From: an uncultured bacterium
GTDB taxonomy: Bacteria; Patescibacteriota; JACMRA01
Assembly: GCA_963704645.1 (NCBI GenBank)
Contig: OY969926.1
Location: 1,184,001-1,248,000, forward strand
Length of the DNA stretch: 64,000 bases
Direction of reading: 5' to 3'
The first letter of the stretch is position 1, and each line of letters begins with the position of its first letter. The notes beneath the pieces were generated by a model, which saw only the letters and a list, made by a program, of their open reading frames with translations, searched no databases and was not told where the DNA came from. Shown piece after piece: positions 1 to 12,000 of the stretch. Position numbers and translations under genes: made by a program.

Positions 1-1
1 A

Positions 2-3000
2 GCTACTGTGCCAGCTTCTACACTAAGTGGAAATAAAACTGGCTCTGTTGATGTAACAGTTACCAACCCTGATGGAAGCAATGGAACTTTCAGCAATGGT
101 TTTACTTATGTAGCCCCAGTTGTAACAAGTATTTCTCCAAATAGTGGGCCAAATATAGGTGGAACTTTTGTAACTATTTCTGGTAGTAATTTTAGCAACC
201 TTAGAAGTGCAGGTGCATTAATTTCAAGACAAATTACAATTACAAACCCTGGTAGTACAATTACAAATTATGAAGGAAACGTTACTTTAGATACAGCTTC
301 ATTAATATCAGCAAATAAATTAAGAAGTGATTGTGGAGATATTAGAGTAAAAGATTCTGATGGAAATACAGATTTAAACTATTGGATAGATGGAGATTGC
401 AATAGCGCCAACACTGTTATTTGGTTTAAGAAGCCTAGCCTTTTAGCAGATAATAATACTGTAATTTTAAAGTATGGAGATTCAAATTTAACTACTCAAA
501 GTAATATAAATAATTTTAGTTTTGGTTCAGTTTTAACTTCAACAAATAATAAGCTTTGGGTAAGTGCAAACTCTGGCGTAGGAACTTCAATTGATGGAGG
601 AGCTATTTCAAGTTGGATGGATAGAAGTGGAAATGGAAATAATGCAACCCAAATTACAACAACTAACCAACCGACACTTAGAAATAAAGTTCAAAATGGA
701 AAACCTGCAGTTAGATTTGATGGTGTAAATGACTCAATTACTTTTGGAGATCTGGAAATTTCAAACACAAAAAACATCAGTTTCATTACAGTTTTCAAAA
801 CACCAAGAATTCGACAGTATGATGGTATTTTTACTAAAAGTTATTCGGCTTATGGGGCTTATTTAGGTGGAGATTACGCTGGAAATAGTGGAAAAGTTGA
901 ATTCTTTGTTGATTCTAGTAGGCCTGGAGGGGCTTTTGCGCTTTCAAATTCTGCTTTAAACAATAATTTAGGGAATTTAGTAATTGGAACGTACGATGGT
1001 AATTTGGCAAATGAAAATTTAAAAATGTTTGTAAACGGAAGTCAACAGACAAAAACTGGTAACAGTACTGTAAATATTCCAGATTCATCAGACAAATTGA
1101 CTTTAGGTGCTGAAGAAGGCTCCTCATCTTCTGGGTATAATTTAGAAGGTGATATTATCGAAAGCTTGGCTTTTAATAGCACCCTGTCTGATACTGATCG
1201 TCAGAATCTTGAAACTTATTTAAATACTAAATATAATCTTTATAACACAACAACTCTTCCCACTGCAGCTTTAGACAGTGCCGAGACAAATTTCTCAATT
1301 AGCATAAATGGTAATAATTTAGATAACGCCAAGTTTATTTCATCAACTAGTTTGACAGGCTATGTTCCAGCTGGAACAGGAACGCAAAGTGTAACAGTAA
1401 CAAACTCAGATGGCACAAACGGAACTCTTTCAAATGGTTTTACCTATGGTGTAAACGGTGTACCAAATCCAATTTTTGATCTTGCCATTAACAATACGCA
1501 AAACGAAAGTGTGCCACTGGCTTGGACAGCACCTTCTAATAATGGGTCGGCAATTACCGATTATATAATAAAATATAGTACAGACAACTTCGCTACTGAA
1601 ACAATAGTAAATGATGGGGTAAACGCGAATACAAACTATACAATAACTGGTTTAACACCTGGGACTAGTTATAAATTTAAAGTAATTTCAGTGAATGGAA
1701 TTGGAAATAGTATTGATTCAAATGTGGTTACCCTATCAAGTTTTGACTGCGATACCAACCTAAATGGAGCTGATTTTACACCTGCAAATGGTGCAACTTT
1801 AACTGGGCGTTATTGTAACATTGGCACTTTTACAATTTCTAGTGGGTTTACTGTAAGTACTGCAGTAGAGTCAAAAGTTAAAATCTATGCTCAAAATGCA
1901 AATATATTGGGAACACTAAGCGCCAACTCCAAAGGTTTCCTAGGGGGATTGCAAACAGGTAATGCTTCAGGCAACGGTTTAGGTGCTGGAGGTGGAGTTT
2001 ATGCTGGAAATGGAGGTGCTGGAGGTGGCTATGGTGGAAATGGTGGAAGATATAGTAATGCTTCTGGCGGTATTGCTTATGGTTCTATAACAGAACCTAC
2101 AGATCTTGGAAGTGGTGGTTCAACTTATGGAAATTCTATAAGCTATCCTGGTGGAAATGGTGGAGGATCTATTAAATTAAATATTACAAATACTTTAACT
2201 AATAATGGAAGTATTGCTGTAAATGGAGATAATTCTGCAAGTTATGGTGGTGGTGGAAGTGGAGGTAGTATCTGGATTACTAGTAATACTTTAGCTGGTA
2301 CTGGTACTTTAACTGCCAATGGAGGAAATAATCCAAGTGGTTCCAACGGTGGTGGAAGCGGTGGTAGAATTGCTTTATACTATAACACTAAGACTTTATC
2401 TGGAAGTGTAAGTGCTATTGGCGGAACTGGAGGACAAAATGGTGGAGCTGGAACTGTCTATGAGAAAGTAAGCTCTCAAACATACGGAAGCCTAAAGATA
2501 GATAATGGTAACATAAGTGGATCCGATAGCGCAGCAACAATAATTAATTCAAGTTACCTAGTTTTAAACTCACTAGATAATCTTATTGTTACTAATAAAG
2601 CCAATGCTGCTTTAAATAAAGATTTAACGATTATAAATACAAGTTTAGATATTAATGTTGGAACAACTTTTACAGTTAACAACACCCTAACTTCAAATAA
2701 CCTTTCAACGCTAACCAACTCTGGAACTTTCAATTTTTCAACCACGGGTAATTGGATAAGCAATAGTCTTTCAAGCGTTACAATTTCAGGGCTTTTAACC
2801 CTAAATACTTACATGCTTCCAACTATAAACACTGTCACTATTGAAAGTGGTGGCAACTTAACATCAAGCCAAAATACTACATTAGCCAACACCCCATATA
2901 AAAAAATTGATCTAAATATCAATAACCTAACTGTTAATAGTGGTGGGCAAATTCAAACCAACTCCAAAGGTTTCCTAGGGGGATTGCAAACAGGTAATGC

Positions 3001-6000
3001 TTCAGGCAACGGTTTAGGTGCTGGAGGTGGAGTTTATGCTGGAAATGGAGGTGCTGGAGGTGGCTATGGTGGAAATGGTGGAAGATATAGTAATGCTTCT
3101 GGCGGTATTGCTTATGGTTCTATAACAGAACCTACAGATCTTGGAAGTGGTGGTTCAACTTATGGAAATTCTATAAGCTATCCTGGTGGAAATGGTGGAG
3201 GATCTATTAAATTAAATATTACAAATACTTTAACTAATAATGGAAGTATTGCTGTAAATGGAGATAATTCTGCAAGTTATGGTGGTGGTGGAAGTGGAGG
3301 TAGTATCTGGATTACTAGTAATACTTTAGCTGGTACTGGTACTTTAACTGCCAATGGAGGAAATAATCCAAGTGGTTCCAACGGTGGTGGAAGCGGTGGT
3401 AGAATTGCTTTATACTATAACACTAAGACTTTATCTGGAAGTGTAAGTGCTATTGGCGGAACTGGAGGACAAAATGGTGGAGCTGGAACTGTCTATGAGA
3501 AAGTTGGAAATGATGAATTTGGAAGTCTTACAATTAGCAGTAGTGGAACATTGGGTGCAGCCACTGAGATTAATAATACTTTTTATCCGGTCAACACTTT
3601 TAAAAATCTAACTGTTACTACAGGGTCAGTTTTAATTCAAAATAAAGCTTTAACTTTACAAAATATTGTATTTACTATTCCTACAAATTCATATTTTTAC
3701 CAAGACCAGCCCCTAACCTATACAAATATCCTTTCTGATATTAACATTTCAGGTTATTGGGAATCTAAATCTAGCCCTACAAATACCTCTCAAGCCAATC
3801 TAAATGTAAATAGTGGTGGAAACTTAACTACAAGCCAAAACACCACAGATGCAGCAAATTTAAATTACAAAATAGATTTAACTTTCAATAACATTACTGT
3901 TAGCAGCGGGGGTCAAATTCAAACTAATGAGAAAGGTTTTCAAGGAGGATATAATGGAAACACTTCATTTTCAGGATATGGACCAGGTGGAGGTGTTACT
4001 GCTTCAAGCAACGGTGGAGGAGGAGGTGGCTATGGTGGAACAGGAGGCAAGTTCAATGTTACAACTGGTGGAAGCACATATGGTTCCATTAGCGAGCCAT
4101 CTGACCTGGGAAGCGGCGGAGCTACATATTCATTTACTTCTTCGTATCCAGGTGGGAATGGTGGAGGGGCAATTAAATTAAGCGCTAATGCAACTTTTAC
4201 AAACAATGGTACAATTTCTGCAAATGGGGGAAATTCTCCAAACTATGGTGGTGGTGGAAGTGGTGGAAGTATCTGGATTACTAGTAACACTTTAGCTGGA
4301 ACAGGAAATACAACTGCCAATGGAGGAAATAATACAAGCGGTTCCAATGGCGGAGGAGGAGGTGGTAGAATTGCTTTATACTATAACAACAAGACTTTAT
4401 CTGGGATTGTAACTGCAAATGGAGGGACTGGACAGCAAAATGGTGGAGCTGGGACTATTTACGAACCAAATACACCTCAAACTGGTTTGACTGATGCTAT
4501 ATTTTCTCCAAACCCTAACCCAATTTCTATTGGCAATACTTTCAGCGCTCAAATTACAAATGTAAAAAATACTTTTGGCTTTAATTTATTTAGTGGTACT
4601 TGCAGCGTAAATATTACAGGACCTAGTTATTCTCAAAGTTATAATGGAACTGTGAACACTGGAGTTTGTACAATTTCTGGCACCTACCCTGCCCCAACTG
4701 TAACAGGTTCTGGTTATACAGCTGCGCTTTCTGTAACTGGTGCAACTACTGAAACCAAAAATGTAAGCTTTGATGTAGCTACCACACCTTCAAACAGAGC
4801 AAAAATTGACACTGGCAGTCTTCCAATATATTCTTCTTTAACAGTAAACCCTGCCAACCCACTAATTGGTACAAATTTCACAGTTACGGGTTCGGGTTTT
4901 GTAGACTCGTTAAACAATCAAGCTCTGAATGGTATTCCTTGTAATGTAAATATAACTGGACCAAATAGTTTTTCTCAGGTTTTTGTAACTGCAAATATTG
5001 TTGGCGGAATTTGTTCTTACAGTTTTAACTCTTCCACTTTACCCAAAGTATCCGGAACTTATAATGTTTCAATTACAATTCAAGGCGATTCCACAAACTT
5101 AACTACAAACTCAGTTAACTTCAGTTACTACTTTGATATTTACTTAACAAATGGTAGTGGTTTTGATTCTACTGGAAAAATTCCTGGGTTTATTTCTTCT
5201 AGCCAATCTAGCATAGTTCAAGGCGACCCAGACCCTATTTTTACTTCCCCTATTATTAAGAAATTTGATAATTCAGCTTTATTAGCTGTGGGAACACCTT
5301 GCGCAATTTTAATTACAATTTCTGCAAATCCAGAAACGGCATATAATTCAACAATAAATTCTGCTGGCCAATGTGTAGCTACCGTTCCAAATAATAGTTT
5401 TACGGCTGGAAATTTGTCTATAAGAGCCAGAGTGGAAGTGCAAAACAATTTCTTCTATACAAATGCAAACACATCAATTTTGATACAGAATTTTTCTTCT
5501 AATAAAGCCAAGGAAGGAACAACTGCTGGCCAAGTCAAATATACCATTCAAACTGCTACTCCAACTCCAACTTTTATTGGGCAAGATTATACTTTATCGG
5601 TTACAGGGCTTGAAGATTCTTTAATAAATGGTAGGCCACTGGCGAATATAAATTGTTCAATTATAATGACAGGGCCAAATAGCTATTTAAATATTGAAAC
5701 AGTAGCCGTAACAAATGGAAATTGTATAAAAGTTTTGTCGGGTAATATTCCTCAAATACCAGGCCAATATAGTTTTAAAGTTCAAGTTGCAGGAGATAAT
5801 TCTATTTTAGAAACTCCAGCTCTAAGTTTTAACCGATTCTTTGATATTAAATTAAGTGGTGTGGCTGGAATTAGCGGTTCTATACCAGGTAATGTTGTTT
5901 CTTCCCAAAACCCAGTTTTATTAAACCAAGCTACAACAATTACTTCACCTAGTGTTAGAAACTTTATAGACAACGCTAGCTTAACAGGCAAAGCATGTAG

Positions 6001-9000
6001 AAATATTTTGAAAATAAACAGTGGAAGTGACCAAATTTACACAAGCACTTTGAACGGTAGTGGCCAATGCGTTACCAATGTACCAAACACAGACATTCCA
6101 ACTTTAGGTATTGCTTATTTAAAAACACAAGTAAGCATAATTAACTCCGATTTTAACTCTGCTTATACTTTTGAAACAGCCAACACAAGCTTACCAATTA
6201 GAAACGCACCTACAGCTTCCATTTGCGCCAACCAAACTTTTAGAGATGATAATAAAAATGGAGTTAAAGATACATCAGAGCCATTGTTGGCAGGTGTTAC
6301 AACCAGATTAAAAGATGCAGCTAATTTAAACATTCTAAGTACACTAAGTACCACCAACACTGGGCCGAACTGTTTTAGCAACCTATTTGATGACACATAC
6401 TACTTGGAACAAATTTTACCAACTTCTGGTGCTTTACAAACTGGAAGTCTAAGTTACCAAATAATTTTAGGTGTTGGTGCTACCGAAAACCGAAGTTTTG
6501 GTTACAACGGAGACGCCACTATTTGCGCTGATCCAACCTTTATTGATCTTAACCAAAACGGATTTTACGAACCTGGAAACGGTGATTATTACTATACTGG
6601 CCTAATTACAAATTTATATTTGGCTAGCAATTTAAACAATAGCTTACAGCAAATTACTTCCAATGGCACTGCAAGCAATTGCTTTACTCCAGTTAACCCT
6701 GCTAATTACACTGTTATTCAAACCGCCCCGGCTAACACAACTTCTACAACTGGCACGGTTATAAATGATAAAGTTTCTAAGAATATCACTTTAAGTTTTG
6801 GAGTTAATCAAAGTCAGAAATTTGGCTATAGCATAATTCCTTCCAACAAAGCTAAAGCACAAGATGCTCCAAACCAAACCAAACCAGTCTACACTTCAAT
6901 TGTTCAGCTTACTTCGGTTAACCCAACTTATAACGAAAAAGCTTTTGTAAATTACCCGGTATCAGCCACTATTTCTGGGTTAGTTGATAGTAACAGCAAC
7001 TTAGCTTTAAACTCTACCGCAAATTGTAGCGCAACTTTTAGCGGACCATCCTTTACTTCTCCAATTACAGTTTCTAATTTAAATGTAGTTTCTGGTGTAT
7101 GCGTTGTGAATAATACCAACAACTCTACTGTTCTTCCAACTGTTATTGGTTCTGGGAATAGCGTAGTTTTCAGCATTGAAGGACCAACAAGCACCTTGGT
7201 TTCAGATCCTCATCTTTTTGAAGTATTTAGTGGAAATTCCACAATTTGCCCTCTAGTATTTGCCGATTACAATTTGAATGGAACAAAACAATCTGGAGAA
7301 CCTTATTTGGCTGGAGTGCAAACCCAATTGTTTAAAGATGGTGGAACTACTTTGTTGCAAACTATAAACTCCAACATTAATGGAAATAGCTGTTTTGCGC
7401 CAATAACTTCTGGTATTGAATATTCTATAGTTCAAACCGCTCCAAGTGGTGCTAGCTTGTCTGCCGAAACATTAACCAGAACAGTTACACCTTTCCCTGA
7501 AACCATAAACAATTTTAATTTTGGCTACAAGGGAGACAGTACAATTACCCCACTTTTATTTAGAGATGATAACCGAAATGGTGCTAACGATTTTGAAACT
7601 GCTTTAAATAATTTGTTTACAGCTACCTTAAAAGATTACGCTGGAAATATTATTAGTTCTAATCTAAGCGTGAATAGCATTAATAATTTTACTAATTTGC
7701 TTTCCACTTCTGTTTTAGGTGGTAACTATGTTGTTGAAATAAATACTCAAGGCTTACTAACTACAAATACTACCAATAATAACCCTTTCAGTGTAACAAC
7801 TTTGAATAGTGGAACGAACCAAAATGTAAGTCTTGGTTTTGCTAGTAATGCTTCAATTTGTCCTAACCCTACTTTCAACGATTACAATTACAATGGCATT
7901 AGCGATGGTGGTGAGCCAAATATTAACGGTTTAGTTACTAGGCTATTATTAGCTTCAGATAATTCTGAAGTAGCTACTTTAAACACAAACGGTAGTAATT
8001 GTTTCACCAATGTAATTCCAAATAATTATATTTTAGAACAAACTCATCCGGTTGGAGCAATTTTAACTACAACCCCAGGAACCCAATCAACTGGAAAAAT
8101 AACTGTACCCGTAACTTCTGCCTTTGGCATTAGCAACACCCAAAAGTTTGGCTATAAAGGTGATAGTGTTATTTGTCCTAACCCAAGCTTCCAAGATTTA
8201 AACAAAGATGGAATTAAGCAAACTGAAGAACTATTAATTTCGGGTTTAACTACAGTTTTGAAAGATATAAACGGAACAACAGTACAAAGTTTAGTTACAA
8301 ACGGCACGGACTGTTTTACACAGCTACTTGCCGGTACTTACCAAGTTGTGCAAACTGCACCAAATAATTCTACTTCTACAACTGGTGGAACTACCCAAAA
8401 TGTAACTGTAGCAATGGCCGAAACTATAAACCAAGCTTTTGGTTACGATGGAAGCCCGCTAATTTGTCCTAATGTTTTTCAAGATAATAATGGTGATGGA
8501 ATTCAAAATAATGGAGAGGTTACTCTGCCAGGTGTAACAGTAAAACTAAGCGATTCTGGCAATATACAAATTGGTTCAGACATAATTTCTAGCGGAACTG
8601 TTCAATGCTTCCCAGCAGTTACTATAGGTGAAAACTATTCAGTAACAGCCACAACACCAGAAGGATACACCAGTACTACAGCTTTAACTGCCAACATAAG
8701 TGCAGTGTTCGGCCAAAGATACACTCCAAATTTTGGCTTCAATGGTAACGCCGTTGTTTGTATAACAAATTCTTTTACCGACTTCAACGCTAATGGAGTT
8801 TACGATGCAGGGACAGATGAAAGTTTGAATGCTTTAGTTTCTAAAATTAGGCTTAACGGAAGCAACACAGATATTCAAATTGTAAATACTAATTCCAGTG
8901 GCCAAGCCTGCTTTAATGCCTTACCTCCCGGACAGTACAAAGTAATTCAAATAGGCCCAGATGGTACAAATTCTACCACAGGTGGTGACCAAGTTTTTAG

Positions 9001-12000
9001 CTTATCGCCAGGCCAAAACAAAGATTTAGTTTTTGGATATTCAGGTTCTGGTGCTTTATGTGTAAACCTATACAACGACACTAATTTCAATTCCAGAAAA
9101 GACGCTGGCGAAATATATATTCCTAATATTACTGTTGAATTGTATTTGCAAAGCAATTTGTTAACCGCTATAGGCACGCAGTCAAGCAGCAGCACAGGTG
9201 ACATTTGCTTTACCGGATTATACCCAAATGACTTCCAAGCCAAAATAATTACTACTGGGTATTTAAACGACAATTCATTCGTTTCAACAAGTGGTGGCAA
9301 TACACAAAACGTTACTTTAAATTCTGGTAACAATTATTACGCCACCCAAACTTTTGGCTATACCAATAATGCAGACTATGCCAAAGGTGCTTTCCGCGGT
9401 TTGGTATATGTAGACAGAGATGAAAACGGCTTTTCCAACACCAGAGGAAATGATGGTGTTGAAGCCACAATTTACGACAATGATGTACCTATTGTAGAAA
9501 AACTAGTTAATTTGCTTAAAGATAGTGGGGGAAATAACTTTGTTTTCCAGTCTGCCCAAATAACCGATTCATTGGGTGAATTTAACTTCATTGGACTAGA
9601 TCCAGGTGTTTATAAAATAGAAATAGCCAACGACACGGGAGTTGTAGCCGTTACGCCAAACCCTTCCACAAGGACTTTTACCATTAACACCAACGAAAAA
9701 ACTTACGATTTATACGGCTTCCAATACACAGCTCAAATATGTCCAAGCATATTCTTAGACAAAGACAATGATGGAATTTTAAACGGAACTGATATAGATT
9801 TAATTCAAAACGGTGGAGTATATGTACAATTAGAATATCAAAGTTTTGGGGGTACTCAAGTTTATGGAGGTGGCAATGCCAACGGTGTTTTACTTAACAG
9901 CAGCAACGCCTGCTTAACAAAAGTTCCACCAAGAAATTACAATCTTAGAATTTCAACCTATAACAACTTTAGCAACCTGTTTGATACCGCTTATTACAAT
10001 CAACGAAATCCTTCCTCCAACCCTTCGGTTAGCGTATTTCTTGGCAACACCGCTACCCCAAAAGTTACATATCATACAAATGCTTTGCCACCAGTATACA
10101 CCTTATCTAGTATTAGTGGTAAAATTTGGAATGATCGACCAGCAAACAATTCTTCCCCAGATTTTAATGGAACTGACGACAAAACTGGAGTTGAAACAAT
10201 AGAAAGTAAAACTTATGATAACGATTATGATAACGATTTTGTTTACCCAAATTTAACCGTTGCTTTAAAAAAGTGTGGACCTGTTAATGGTGAAACCATT
10301 TTAGACGTAAATACTTGGAATGCAAACATGAGAACCACAGTTACAGATTCAAATGGCAACTATAATTTCTTTGGCGTTCCAACAGGAACTTACGCTGTAA
10401 TTGTTGTATCTACTGTGCCAAATCAAAATGTAACCACCACCTTAAATAAAGGTTTAGATTGCTCTTTATACTATAATTACACATTCTTCAACAGTAATTT
10501 CAATAACAACGGAGCTGGAACTGCACCTGGGTCTAATGTAAATTATGATGTGGTTTATTATTTCACACCTAATGTAAGTTCAAATTTCTGGGTTGATACC
10601 AATAAAAATGGAGTGAAAGATTCTTGGGAAGATTCCAGCCAGTGGAGCCCTTACAGAGCCAATTTGGAAATTGCTAACAACTTTGGATTGGTGGAAATAA
10701 ACAAATTAAAATACTTTACTAACGGTGGTGGAAACTACGCTGCCAGTGTAAGCCCAAACAATTACACAATAAACTTACTGAACACAGCTGGAGAAACAAA
10801 TGTTCCAACCAGTTACGGTTTAATTGGCACTTCTAGTAGAAGTATAAGTACAGTTAATGGAAGCCAAGTAGTTGAATTTGGCGTAGATCCAACCAACAAT
10901 TCTAGTATTTCTGGAAAAATATTTATTGATAGAGACGGGGATAATAATTTTGAACCAGACGGCCAAGACGGAAATTCTGTTACAAGCTACGACAATGATA
11001 TTAAATTAGCTGGTAGAAGTGTAAATCTATATTATGGAGGAGGGCAAAACCAATTAAAACAAACAGTTATCACAGACTCTGAAGGAAACTATACATTTAC
11101 TGCCCTTGCAGAAGGAGTTTACTATATAAACCCAACTGAAAACCCACCAACAGGAACATCTTGTACTACCTGTGCTGCTGGAATTGGTTTGAACAAAGAC
11201 ACAAATTACACTCAAAACTTTAGATATAATTACGATGCCAGAATTAGATTAATGAGTTTCTATGACACAATTGCAAACTTCACTAGACAAGATGAGTTTG
11301 AAACAGATCTTAGTGAAGGCACTTTCACCTTAATTGCTCCAGACGGATCTCAGGTTGGACAGCCAGTTAGCCCAGTTGGCAAAGATAATAACGGTTTTTA
11401 CTATTTGTCTTACCAGTTTAATAATTTGGCCCCAGGAAATTATACTATTCAAATGAATAATATGCCGTCTAGCGTAAGAGGCTATTCAAACCCAGACAGC
11501 ATAATTGTAAGCCCATCTCAATCTCAGGAAAGAGATTATCCATTCACAGCCTTAACCAATAATTCTATATCAGGAGATGTATTTATAGATAGACCAAATG
11601 GAACAAACCAAGGTTTTAATAGTATATACAATCCAAATGGTGGTGACAACAATTCTGCAACTTTATTTGATAACGACAAACCATTAAACAATACTGTGGT
11701 TACAATTGCAGGGCCTTTAGGTAACTACACTTTAAACACCGACTCATCCCAAAGTTACAATTTTGCTAACTTACCCAGTGGAAAATACAAGTTGTACAAA
11801 CAAGATATTGGTGGGAATTCAATTCCAAATTTGGCTTTAAGTGTTGCCAACCAAGATATAAATAATATAGTTTTGAATTCGTGGACACAAACAAGTTGGG
11901 TTAAAAATAACACAAACAATTCTCATAATTTTACCTACCGCTATACCAATGAAATTTCGGTTTACTGTTATGAAGATAAAGATTTGAATGGCCAAATAAC

